In this document: in pieces, positions 20,441 through 28,494 of the stretch
How the letters are laid out: every line of letters starts with the position of its first letter
Numbering within the stretch: position 1 is the first letter of the stretch
Assembly: GCA_963822585.1 (NCBI GenBank)
Contig: CAWGIE010000007.1
Span: 64,001-128,000, forward strand
Direction of reading: 5' to 3'
From: an uncultured bacterium
Lineage (GTDB): Bacteria > Auribacterota > Erginobacteria > Erginobacterales > Erginobacteraceae
DNA length: 64,000 bases
Program-made: the position numbers and the translations under genes
The notes under the pieces: model-generated
Seen by the model: the letters and a program-made list of their open reading frames with translations, nothing else
Told to the model about the DNA's origin: nothing
Databases searched by the model: none

Positions 20441-20696
20441 ATCGATAAATCTCTCGTCTATGGCCCACCTTCACCACCCAGACAGTAAGCTTCTCGTCTT
20501 GGATGGAATAGATGATTCGGAATTTCCCCTGTCTAATGCGGTATCTCTCTTGGCCGGATAACTTCTCGCATCCATGAGGCCGTGGATTGACTGAGAGATT
20601 TTTTATACGCTGAATGATTCTTTTAAGATCTTTTTTGGGAATAGGAGATAAGTCCTTCTTAACCGAACGTCGAAGATATATTTTATATTCTGCCAT
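20439..20696 (-). CDS. RelE/ParE family toxin (cassette)
   Basis: NPRPHGCEKLSGQERYRIRQG.FRIIY...VKVGHRREIY. Confidence 0.92.
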   Translation of the reverse strand: MAEYKIYLRRSVKKDLSPIPKKDLKRIIQRIKNLSVNPRPHGCEKLSGQERYRIRQGKFRIIYSIQDEKLTVWVVKVGHRREIYR

Positions 20697-20916
20697 CGTG
20701 CTTGAGCTCTTTTAAGAAGGATTCGAATGAAATAAGGGGTTCTTTGGCCCGTTCCTCGAACACGGACAGGTCCTCGGCATCTTCGGCCAGTGATTGCTGT
20801 AAAGATTTGTTAATTAGTGCCGACATTGATTGAGAAGTTTCGGCGGCTTTAATCCGCAATGCCCTATGCAATTGTGGCTCTAAATATACCGTTGCTCTGT
20901 TTGTTAACGTACTCAC
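20683..20916 (-). CDS. RHH/CopG-type antitoxin (cassette)
   Basis: RATVYLEPQLHRALRIKAA; overlaps toxin start. Confidence 0.85.
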   Translation of the reverse strand: MSTLTNRATVYLEPQLHRALRIKAAETSQSMSALINKSLQQSLAEDAEDLSVFEERAKEPLISFESFLKELKHDGRI

Positions 20917-20961
20917 TGGTTCACCTCCATATTTAGCAATATAATGCGATCTTATAACAAC

Positions 20962-20990
20962 GTTATAGCATTATAACGTCATGACGTCAA
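20962..20990 (-). promoter_or_regulatory. Sigma70 promoter of the TA cassette with overlapping operator palindromes
   Basis: TTGACG-17-TATAAC; ACGTCATGACGT and GTTATA-N4-TATAAC. Confidence 0.7.
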
Positions 20991-21022
20991 GTGAGGGATT
21001 GCTTTGAATTTTATGGGAGATA

Positions 21023-21160
21023 CTCGGGATAGGGAGAGCCCTCACGGACTCTCTCCTCTCACACCACCGGGCTTACGGATCACGTACCACGGCGGTTCCG
21101 TTACACGTTCACATGAAGCAGGGGTAACCCCAGTCCGACGAAATAGCGAGTTGGAAGCCG
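21023..21160 (-). mobile_element. 3' remnant of group IIC intron (IEP C-terminus, domains V and VI)
   Basis: LPTRYFVGLGLPLLHVNV* then GAACCGCCGTGGTACGTGATCCGTAAGCCCGGTGGTGT and DVI hairpin; abuts TATCT of the cassette core. Confidence 0.85.
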
Positions 21161-21328
21161 ATTATTTTCTAAAAAGGTCGCTATGGGAACCTGTGCGTTC
21201 GAGACGAAGAGAATGGTGGTCGACTGAATAAATCAGGATCCAGTCCGGTTCAATATGGCAGTCGCGGCAGTGACTCCAAGAAGGCCACCAACGAGAAATC
21301 CAAGAACTACGGGGATAGCTTTTTTTAT
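21161..21328 (-). pseudogene. Decayed cassette gene (ATA start, internal TGA), 3' end and attC lost
   Basis: (I)KKAIPVVLGFLVGGLLGVTAATAILNRTGS* after RBS GAGG and core GTTGTAA. Confidence 0.55.
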
Positions 21329-21346
21329 CCTGATTTTCCTCTACAG

Positions 21347-21415
21347 TTACAACGCCGAGCTCACTCGCCAGGGCCCGCAGAGCGGGCCATGGTTGAGTGA
21401 AGCGGCTGGTTATAA
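21347..21415 (-). other. attC site, 69 bp
   Basis: R'' TTATAAC ... R' GTTGTAA; close relative of 20372-20440. Confidence 0.88.
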
Positions 21416-21931
21416 TCAGATACTATCTTCCAAGATATGTCTGAATTGTTCCTTCAGATCCTCAAAGACGTGAAAAACGATCGGACAGATGAAACAATTT
21501 TCAATAGCCTGGATAGTTTTAAAAATGAATTCGCCTTTATCAAGATGAGGATAGGAACGGCAATCATCCGGCCTGTCTTCGTAAATCTGACATTTATTAT
21601 TACTAAGAAAGGGGCATGGTTGTTTGTTAAATATTAAATCTCCATCATCATCGACGGAGAGATATTTATTTTGCACCTCTGATGGCGCAATATTTAAAGT
21701 TTTTGCAATCCTTGTAACATCATCGGGTTTTAAAATCGGCGTAATCTCCCGGCAGCAATTCCCACATTGTGTACAATCGATTTCACTGGAATATCTTTGA
21801 AAAAGAAGAAATACTTCCTGGTCGATTTCTTCACTTGGTATATCGGTTGCTTTTAAGGCCGTACGAAAAGCCCAGTTTTCATCATCTCGTTCTTCGGCGA
21901 GTCGTTTGATTTTTTCAAGATCTGGTTTCAT
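21416..21931 (-). CDS. YkgJ / CxxCxxCC zinc- or iron-chelating domain protein (cassette)
   Basis: CTQCGNCC, PCPFL, CQIYEDRPDDCRSYP. Confidence 0.85.
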   Translation of the reverse strand: MKPDLEKIKRLAEERDDENWAFRTALKATDIPSEEIDQEVFLLFQRYSSEIDCTQCGNCCREITPILKPDDVTRIAKTLNIAPSEVQNKYLSVDDDGDLIFNKQPCPFLSNNKCQIYEDRPDDCRSYPHLDKGEFIFKTIQAIENCFICPIVFHVFEDLKEQFRHILEDSI

Positions 21932-21936
21932 TAGGG

Positions 21937-22065
21937 TTATAAGGAGAAGCTAAGGGACCGGAAGGGACAGACTAAGAAACATTGCTTACCCGGAAAACCA
22001 TGGTGAACTAAAAACGTTTGATAGCTGGATCAGTCCTTCCGGTCTGCTTGAGAGACAGGTTATCC
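21937..22065 (-). other. attC site, 129 bp; R' mutated to CTT
   Basis: R'' GGATAAC; GACCGGAAGG...CTTCCGG arms; CTTATAA. Confidence 0.8.
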
Positions 22066-22398
22066 CCCGATGATCTCATTTAGGCCTTCGATTATGAGAG
22101 CAAGTTCCTCAGGGGAAGCTTTTCCGATTCTCTTTCCGAGGCGTTGAATCGAGAGCGTCCGGATCTGACTTATCTTGACCCATGACTTTTTAGGCAGCTT
22201 GGCACTTGAGAGTTGAAGTGTTAGAGGAAATCCTGCGCGCTGGGTCTGACTTGTGAGTGCCATGGCAATTACTGTTCCCGAACGTTCATTGAAAACGTCA
22301 TGACTGAGAATGAGTACCGGGCGCATACCGGCCTGCTCATGTCCTCTGACCGGGTTTAGATCGGCCCAGATTATATCTCCCCTTAATATTCTGGCCAT
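22060..22398 (-). CDS. mazF: PemK/MazF family toxin (cassette)
   Basis: [34 protein letters not shown]. Confidence 0.92.
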   Translation of the reverse strand: MARILRGDIIWADLNPVRGHEQAGMRPVLILSHDVFNERSGTVIAMALTSQTQRAGFPLTLQLSSAKLPKKSWVKISQIRTLSIQRLGKRIGKASPEELALIIEGLNEIIGG

Positions 22399-22625
22399 TG
22401 TTTAATCTCCGCTGAAAGGCCTTCTTCCGCCATGGCTTGCTCAAAGTTTGGATTCAGCTTTGAGCATTCTTTCGCGAGACGATTTCGATTTATTCTTGAG
22501 AGTTTATCCTTCACCGCTTCTTGGATGGCCTTGCTCCGGTTTGGGAAAACATGGGATGAGACTAACCTGTCTAATTGGTTCAAAATATTCTTTTCGATTG
22601 AGATGGCTACTTTTGCTGTGCTCAT
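22383..22625 (-). CDS. RHH antitoxin (cassette)
   Basis: KVAISIE...LDRLV...[10 protein letters not shown]; overlaps toxin start. Confidence 0.88.
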   Translation of the reverse strand: MSTAKVAISIEKNILNQLDRLVSSHVFPNRSKAIQEAVKDKLSRINRNRLAKECSKLNPNFEQAMAEEGLSAEIKQWPEY

Positions 22626-22642
22626 GATTCACCTCCAGTATT

Positions 22643-22671
22643 ACAATACATCATACCTGATAATTATGCAA
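22643..22671 (-). promoter_or_regulatory. Putative sigma70 promoter of the mazEF-type cassette
   Basis: TTGCAT-17-TATTGT. Confidence 0.55.
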
Positions 22672-22715
22672 GTTCTATAGCTAAATTATTTGGGTTAAAT
22701 ATTTTTGGGGGATAA

Positions 22716-22830
22716 CGGGAGAGCGAAGCTCAGCTCCCCGATAAGCGGCGAAGGTTTAAAATGCCACCGTTTGCCAACCCGATTTATCTTTGTCTTTCTT
22801 TTCTTCTTCCGCGGCGCGTTCGCCGCTTAT
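22716..22830 (-). mobile_element. ORF-less attC-inserted element, short 115 bp copy
   Basis: ATAAGCGGCGAA...TTCGCCGCTTATCGGGGAGCTGAGCTTCGCTCTCCCG between the attC G and TTATCC. Confidence 0.85.
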
Positions 22831-22953
22831 CGTAGAGCTAAGCTGCCGGAAGGGGCCTACCAAAAAACCATGCTACCCCGGAAAACACCGGCGAAGAAAA
22901 AACGTTCGATAGCTGCATTAGCCCTTCCGGTCTGCTTAAGCGCCTGGTTCGGC
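22825..22953 (-). other. attC site, 129 bp; R' converted to GATAAGC by element
   Basis: R'' GCCGAAC, L'' GCTTAAG / L' CTTAGC. Confidence 0.85.
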
Positions 22954-23181
22954 CTTCTCTCTTTTTTCTTTTTTCTGCTGTTTATGTGGCTTATAGATGT
23001 TGTAATACGCCCAATGCTGAAGAAAGGCAGCAAGGATAATGCCTGCGATGACCGCACCTTTGATGGCTGGTACCGTTTCTTGATTGTCAAAACCACCAAA
23101 AAAGAAAAGACCGAACACGGCCATCCACAATAATAGATTGAGTTCTATGGCCCAAAACAAGGCAATGGATCTGGTCTTCAT
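22936..23181 (-). CDS. Small two-TM hypothetical protein (cassette)
   Basis: RBS AAGGGG, two hydrophobic segments, stop within attC. Confidence 0.75.
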   Translation of the reverse strand: MKTRSIALFWAIELNLLLWMAVFGLFFFGGFDNQETVPAIKGAVIAGIILAAFLQHWAYYNIYKPHKQQKKEKREKAEPGA

Positions 23182-23213
23182 TATTTATTCCCCTTTAAAT
23201 CATTAAGACCGAA

Positions 23214-23430
23214 CGGGGAGCTGAGTTGCCCGCCGTGAGGGGACGCGGAGCGGACCCTTCAGGCGGGACAACTCGAGCGGGTGGATAGGCGGCAGCGCCG
23301 CCTGTCCACCCGGGAGAGCGAAGCTCAGCTCCCCGATAAGCGGCGAAGGTTTAAAATTCCACCGTTTGCCAACCCGATTTATCTTTGTCTTTCTTTTCTT
23401 TTTTTCTTCCACGGCGCGTTCGCCGCTTAT
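23214..23430 (-). mobile_element. ORF-less attC-inserted element, full 217 bp copy
   Basis: Near-identical to 24780-24995, 28495-28712, 29326-29542. Confidence 0.9.
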
Positions 23431-23482
23431 CGATCAAGCTCTGCGGCGGCTGTAAGCCGTACGCAGCAGCGCCATGTTCGAC
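23425..23482 (-). other. attC site, 58 bp; R' converted to GATAAGC
   Basis: R'' GTCGAAC matches cassette start GTTCGAC at 24190-24196. Confidence 0.8.
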
Positions 23483-23545
23483 AATTTCATATTGCTCCGC
23501 TCACAGGTGTGTGGTATATATCATGATAGATACTGGAGGTGAGAT

Positions 23546-23773
23546 ATGCAAACAGCAAAGTTGTTTGAGAATGGCCGCAGCCAAGCGGTGCGGCTTCCCA
23601 AGGAATGCCGGTTCAGCGGGAACGAGGTATTCGTGCGCAAGTACGAGGACATCGTTATTCTTTTCCCGAAGCGAAGCCCCTGGGCTCCGCTCGTGAACAG
23701 CTTGGATAAGTTCACGGATGATTTCATGGCGGAGCGCAACCAGCCTGAACAACAAGAGAGAAAGGGGCTGTGA
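23546..23773 (+). CDS. vapB: VapB (AbrB/SpoVT-type) antitoxin, inverted within its cassette
   Basis: TAKLFENGRSQAVRLPKECRF. Confidence 0.93.
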   Translation: MQTAKLFENGRSQAVRLPKECRFSGNEVFVRKYEDIVILFPKRSPWAPLVNSLDKFTDDFMAERNQPEQQERKGL

Positions 23774-24174
23774 TGCGCTTCATGCTCGACACGAACACGT
23801 GTATTGAGCTCATCCGCAACCGAGACGAGCGGGTGCTGCGGCGCATGAAGCGCCGCAGCACCGATGAGATTTGTGTTTCCTCTGTTACGCTTAGCGAGTT
23901 GGAGTACGGCGTGGCAAAGAGCACGAATCCGGAGAAGAACCGACTGGCGCTGGCTGAATTCATGACGCCGCTCACCGTTGCTCCGTACGACGACGCGGTC
24001 GCGCCAGTGTACGGACGTATTCGAGCGGAGTTGGAGCAAGCGGGCACCCCCATTGGTTCTTTGGACACAATGATCGCCGCGCACGCGTTGTCCCTGGGGC
24101 TGGCTGTCGTGACCGGCAACGAGCGCGAATTCCGCCGGGTGCCGGGGCTGAAAGTTCAGAACTGGGCGAAGTAG
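23770..24174 (+). CDS. vapC: VapC PIN-domain toxin
   Basis: MLDTNTCI, SELEYG, DTMIAAHALS, VTGNEREFRRVPGL. Confidence 0.93.
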   Translation: MMRFMLDTNTCIELIRNRDERVLRRMKRRSTDEICVSSVTLSELEYGVAKSTNPEKNRLALAEFMTPLTVAPYDDAVAPVYGRIRAELEQAGTPIGSLDTMIAAHALSLGLAVVTGNEREFRRVPGLKVQNWAK

Positions 24175-24189
24175 TCTCATCTTCCTCTT

Positions 24190-24259
24190 GTCGAACGTCT
24201 CGCCTCAGCCTCGAGGCTGCCGCCCCGGCAGCCGAGTAGGCTGAAGGCGCTGGTTCGGC
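24190..24259 (-). other. attC site, 70 bp
   Basis: R'' GCCGAAC, CCTTCAG / CTGAGG, R' GTTCGAC. Confidence 0.85.
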
Positions 24260-24771
24260 ATGTTCTTCCTGTTTCTCTCCATGATACGGCGATGAAACTC
24301 GTCGATGTTTTCCGAGTGTTGAACAATGTCCAGAAGCTCCTCGATGGAGATCTTGGACAATCGGTAGTGCAACGCCGCGCTTGTGCTGCCTCCGAGGAAG
24401 ATCGCGGAGTAGCAGTCCTCTGGCGCGCTGTCTTCTTCCAGTCCCCAAATCATGACGTAGCACAGGGAGGGGCAGGCGGGTAATGATGTCAGGAGTGTTT
24501 GCCTCACAGCTTCCAGCGGGACACTCTTTCCTATCCAGATGCCTTGGGGGGTATTTGTTTCTTTGCCTGTCAGGGCAAAGTCGTCGATGTTTGCCTCAAT
24601 TCCCTTCTGGCGCAGAGCTGTCACGATGTTCGTGGCATTGTCCATCCTTATGCTGACTTCAACACGGCACCGGAGGGGATTAGTTGCCTGTGCATAGCTG
24701 GTCGGTTGACTGCAGAGAAGCAATGGCAGGGATGCGATCAGGAAGGTGTTGCAGATGGTATTCATGTTCAT
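24205..24771 (-). CDS. Hypothetical secreted protein (cassette)
   Basis: ATG just after core GTTCGGC; signal-like N-terminus; reads into attC. Confidence 0.7.
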   Translation of the reverse strand: MNMNTICNTFLIASLPLLLCSQPTSYAQATNPLRCRVEVSIRMDNATNIVTALRQKGIEANIDDFALTGKETNTPQGIWIGKSVPLEAVRQTLLTSLPACPSLCYVMIWGLEEDSAPEDCYSAIFLGGSTSAALHYRLSKISIEELLDIVQHSENIDEFHRRIMERNRKNMPNQRLQPTRLPGRQPRG

Positions 24772-24779
24772 ATGCCGAA

Positions 24780-24995
24780 CGGGGAGCTGAGTTGCCCGCC
24801 GTGAGGGGACGCGGAGCGGACCCTTCAGGCGGGACAACTCGAGCGGGTGGATAGGCGGCAGCGCCGCCTGTTCACCCGGGAGAGCGAAGCTCAGCTCCCC
24901 GATAAGCGGCGAAGGTTTAAAATTCCACCGTTTGCCCACCCGATTTATCTTTGTCTTGCTTTTCTTTTTTTCTTCCGCGGCGCGTTCGCCGCTTA
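24780..24995 (-). mobile_element. ORF-less attC-inserted element, full copy (junction G|TAAGC, one base shorter)
   Basis: Direct sequence identity to the other copies. Confidence 0.9.
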
Positions 24996-25061
24996 CGCCG
25001 AGCTCACCCGCTTTTACCCGCCGCATGGCGGGTAAAAGTCGGGTGGAGCAAGTGGTTAGAC
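24990..25061 (-). other. attC site, 72 bp; R' altered by element
   Basis: R'' GTCTAAC; TTTTACCCGCC/GGCGGGTAAAA stem. Confidence 0.85.
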
Positions 25062-25077
25062 CTTGTTGTTTTATTCT

Positions 25078-25659
25078 TTAAAAATCGTCATCAAGAATTA
25101 TAGGGTTAAACATTATTGCGCAAATCTTCCATGCTTCAGACCATTCTGATTTCAAGCTGCCAAAAGTTAGAATAAATAAAGTGTCGGTTTTAGGATTGGC
25201 TATTGCATACACTCTTACCCGGTACTCATTTTCACTTCCTTCAATTTCGATAGGCTTAGTCACTTCACAAATGAAACGAACAAATGGTCCATAAGTATCA
25301 TTCCTCTCTACGATTACTTTTGTGGCTCCCTTAATATATTCTTGAATATAATGAGCACCATACACCAGTGCATTTACATTAGTCTTTTTCGAGACTTCCT
25401 GAATAACATTTATTGTCAATCCAGTTTTGCATGGTGTATTAAGGTCTACTTCATCTTTGCATATGCGGTATGCAATTGTATCCTCGCTCTCTAGTCCATT
25501 CACATACCAATCATTTGGTTTCAAAACAATTGCTTTTATTTCTTCTATTTCAACCCACTCAAATCCTTTTGGTGGTGGAGGAGGTTTAATTTTTTCTCCG
25601 GATTGGACTGTTCCTGAGAAACTAAATAATAAGATTACCAATAAGTATATAGCTTTCAT
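25078..25659 (-). CDS. Hypothetical secreted protein (cassette)
   Basis: Signal peptide, AT-rich, bounded by GTTAGAC/GTCTAAC. Confidence 0.8.
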   Translation of the reverse strand: MKAIYLLVILLFSFSGTVQSGEKIKPPPPPKGFEWVEIEEIKAIVLKPNDWYVNGLESEDTIAYRICKDEVDLNTPCKTGLTINVIQEVSKKTNVNALVYGAHYIQEYIKGATKVIVERNDTYGPFVRFICEVTKPIEIEGSENEYRVRVYAIANPKTDTLFILTFGSLKSEWSEAWKICAIMFNPIILDDDF

Positions 25660-25662
25660 AAG

Positions 25663-25791
25663 GTCTAACGTAAAGCTAAGCTGCCGGAAGGGGCTGACTG
25701 AAAAACTGTGCTACCCCGGAAAACTCTGGCGAACTAAAAACGTTTGATGGCTGGATCAGCCCTTCCGGTCTGCTTGAGCGATTGGTTGGGA
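25663..25791 (-). other. attC site, 129 bp
   Basis: R'' TCCCAAC ... R' GTTAGAC. Confidence 0.88.
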
Positions 25792-26583
25792 TGATTTTTT
25801 CAGCAAATACTCTTTCGATGATTTTCGATAAATCAAATAAAACCATAAACCATGCCAGCCAAGAATGAAAATAACAACGATAAGCAAATTTACATTATTA
25901 GGTTTAATACTTAAATTCCCCGAAGCGAATCTAATAATAGAAAAAAGAGTAACAACTGAAATGGTCCAGAGTGCCATTTTCCTTGACCAAATTTTTTTTA
26001 ATAAAAGTCCGACGCCGGAGATAATAAATAGAATATTCAAGATGAGGTCTCGGGTATAGGTTATTAATATCTGAACGGCAACTTTTTTTGGCTTTATTAA
26101 ATAATATGAATAATAGGATTGGGATTGTCTGATATACATGACCAGCACAAGTATCCCAAATATTCCAGCAATTATTAGGTATATAGCAGCTATCTTCAAT
26201 CCCAGGTGAAATTTTATTAGTTTAGGTTTAGGTGGTTTTGTTGATTCGCTTTCGCTCCTTTTTCTGCACAGTGCAAGTATCGTGGTTATAGGAATCAGCA
26301 CTGTATGCACGATTGCCATTGGACCTACAACTTCCAAAAAGGTAAGCAACGGAATAAGAGCATTGAGATCCGGGTCGGACTTTGGCGGTGGGTGAATGGT
26401 ATACCATGCAAAAATACCGATTCCGGTGATCCCGGTCGCGGCGGCAGTCACCACCGACAACATTCCCATCAGACGTGCTCTTTGACTGCGCCATGCCCAT
26501 AGTCCTACCCACAATGCAATGATTACGGAAAGTGGCGAAATCCACGCTGACCACCCCAGCACAAACATCATCATATGTTTCAT
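25756..26583 (-). CDS. Hypothetical multi-pass membrane protein (cassette)
   Basis: About 7 hydrophobic segments; stop inside attC. Confidence 0.8.
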   Translation of the reverse strand: MKHMMMFVLGWSAWISPLSVIIALWVGLWAWRSQRARLMGMLSVVTAAATGITGIGIFAWYTIHPPPKSDPDLNALIPLLTFLEVVGPMAIVHTVLIPITTILALCRKRSESESTKPPKPKLIKFHLGLKIAAIYLIIAGIFGILVLVMYIRQSQSYYSYYLIKPKKVAVQILITYTRDLILNILFIISGVGLLLKKIWSRKMALWTISVVTLFSIIRFASGNLSIKPNNVNLLIVVIFILGWHGLWFYLIYRKSSKEYLLKKSSQPIAQADRKG

Positions 26584-26594
26584 TATATATTTAA

Positions 26595-26723
26595 TCCCAA
26601 CGTAGAGCTAAGCGGCCGGAAGGGGCCGACTAAAAAACCATTCTACCCCGAAAAACACTGAAAAAGATAATATGTTTGAAAGTAGCATCAGCCCTTCCGG
26701 TCTGCTTGAGCGAATGGTTAGCC
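26595..26723 (-). other. attC site, 129 bp
   Basis: R'' GGCTAAC ... R' GTTGGGA. Confidence 0.88.
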
Positions 26724-26728
26724 CCTGT

Positions 26729-27120
26729 TTAGAAAAACCAGTTTTTCCTGAAGGTAGGTTTAGCTGTAATTTTGAAATTATCAGAGATGGTTATTGTAAC
26801 TAAATAGCCTCCTGAACTTTCTATGTAAGCTAAATCATCTTTCTCGAACTCGCGAAAATTTGCTTTAAACTTGATTTTTAAACCAGATTCACCAGGAGGG
26901 GTTACTTTGATTACGGTTGATGTTCTCGGCTCAAGAGATTTGATTTCTTTTGAAAACCCTAACCACTAACGATTAAGTTTTGGAGTACACTGTTGGAATT
27001 ATTGATTATCGTAATTTTTGGTGGACTTGAAAATTGGTAAAGCAAATAGCCGAAGTAGCAGGCAATCAATGTTGCAATGAGAAAAATACAAAGAAATGAA
27101 ATTTTAATCCATTTTTTCAT
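26729..27120 (-). pseudogene. First cassette of array 1: membrane-anchored hypothetical protein with frameshift near 26960
   Basis: MKKWIKISFLCIFLIATLIACYFGY...IVSG* then shifted frame FSKEIKSLEPRT...RKNWFF*. Confidence 0.7.
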
Positions 27121-27125
27121 TGCTG

Positions 27126-27466
27126 GGCTAACAGATATTAGGTTGAAGGTTTAATATTGGAAAAATGCAGAATGCCCCAATATTGTAATAGACAGAATGC
27201 CTTGGTTAGACCGACATATTCATCAATCGAATTGCTTTTAAGCAATGGTTCAAGTTAAAAGAACTACGGCATCAGAACATATTGATTATAAGAATAACGG
27301 AATCACAAGGATGTTAACGCATATTTTGACAATCGAGATGAGGAAATCCTTGGTTTTATTTGATGAAATCTCAAATTTCCCAAAGAGAAGCCGCCGCCTG
27401 CCGGATAAAAACCGGGTAAAGTGCCGATTGACCGGAAACATAATTGAACATATGTAAATCCGGCTT
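27126..27466 (-). promoter_or_regulatory. attI-like site and array leader, copy 1
   Basis: CCTAATATCTG|TTAGCC with no attC hairpin; two direct repeats AATATTG..CAGAATGCC (27153-27176, 27179-27201). Confidence 0.65.
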
Positions 27467-27693
27467 AATACCCTGAGCCGCCTCCGCCATAGCAGCGCAG
27501 CTGCGACGGCTGGAAAGGGTATAACATCTCAGCCCGGGGGTTCACCCCGGAGATAATGTCGTCCGAAACACCCCCCATACATCCCCCTCCCCCCGCGCGG
27601 CGCGCGGGGGGAGGGGTTAGGGGAGGGGGGAATTTTGTATATATATTACCCAGGGTGTTACCCTGGGCTATGATGTTTAACCCCGTTGGGGTT
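27467..27693. repeat. Composite REP-like palindromic element, copy 2
   Basis: Homologous to 20126-20346, with a ~37 bp insert inside the first palindrome. Confidence 0.75.
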
Positions 27694-27724
27694 TTTCTGC
27701 ATCCTGTTCGCCTTCTTTCATATA

Positions 27725-27971
27725 ATCGGGATAGGGAGAGCCCTCACGGGCTCTCTCTTCCCACACCACCGGGCATACGGATCACGAAACACGGCGGTTC
27801 CGTTACACGTTCACATGAAGCAGGGGCAACCCCCCTATTCCCTGTTTTGCGTTGGGCTTCCTTCAGACCCCGCCTCGCGGCGACGCCCTTGCCCTTTCGC
27901 TTGCCTTCGGCTTCTCCTATACCTGGCGCGGGGACTTTCACCCCGCAAGCTACGTGCCATGCCCGGCACAC
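27725..27971 (-). mobile_element. Internally deleted group IIC intron (247 nt) with both ends intact, inserted in attC R'
   Basis: 5' GTGTGCCGGGCATGG...GGGTGAAAGTCCC...CTGAAGGAAGC; DV GAACCGCCGTG...CGGTGGTGT; 3' CCTATCCCGAT; exons GGCGT|TATAT. Confidence 0.9.
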
Positions 27972-28035
27972 ACGCCGAGCTCAGCTGCCGGAGCCCGCAC
28001 TGCGGGCTCCGGTCTGCTGGAGCGGGTGGTTGGGG
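27972..28035 (-). other. attC site (69 bp if intron is removed)
   Basis: R'' CCCCAAC, L'' GCTCCAG / L' CTGAGC. Confidence 0.85.
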
Positions 28036-28484
28036 CCGATTGGGATTATGTCAGATTTTATATACTCAATGCGCATGTCCATGCCATTATCAATTTTATT
28101 TTTATCAATAACCATCCTGTATAATCCACCGACATTTCTGAGAGGATGATTTTCGGGTATTTTATATCCTATGATGCAAAATTTATTTAGGTAATCTTCT
28201 TCTGCAATATTGAATACCTTAAAATCTTCGGGAGAAATTACTTTAATGCATGCCATATCCAATCTAAAATGTTTTCGTTTGTTGTCTATCTTTGGCCCAA
28301 TCGCACTCACAAATTTTGGATAAAATTCCATTACTTCGAAATCTATAGTAAGTAAGTTTTCGATCCGAAAATCTGTTTCGCGATCGTTGTGTCTGGTCAA
28401 ATATTTATAAGTAAATAATGAAACAAAGATCGCAGCTATGATAATTAAAATGACAATTGAAAACTTTCTCAGACTAAGTTTCAT
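27981..28484 (-). CDS. Hypothetical membrane-anchored protein (cassette)
   Basis: N-terminal TM, AT-rich, reads through most of attC. Confidence 0.78.
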   Translation of the reverse strand: MKLSLRKFSIVILIIIAAIFVSLFTYKYLTRHNDRETDFRIENLLTIDFEVMEFYPKFVSAIGPKIDNKRKHFRLDMACIKVISPEDFKVFNIAEEDYLNKFCIIGYKIPENHPLRNVGGLYRMVIDKNKIDNGMDMRIEYIKSDIIPIGPNHPLQQTGARSAGSGS

Positions 28485-28494
28485 TTAGCCCCAA

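Noticed and set aside
23203..23412. ORFs inside the repeated element (EEKKKRKTKINRVGKRW... and MDRRQRRL...), including the apparent N-terminal extension of 24205..25026
   Set aside because: No consistent start or RBS, and indels between copies break the frames; variation tracks base-pairing rather than codons.
27245..27457. 70-aa ORF in the duplicated leader (also 31578..31790) as an intI fragment
   Set aside because: No tyrosine recombinase motifs or clear RBS; its recurrence is explained by the DNA duplication.
27280..27460. Pc promoter and LexA box in the leader
   Set aside because: TATAAT and TTGACA hexamers occur but without correct spacing, and GAACATATGTAA is only a partial SOS-box match.
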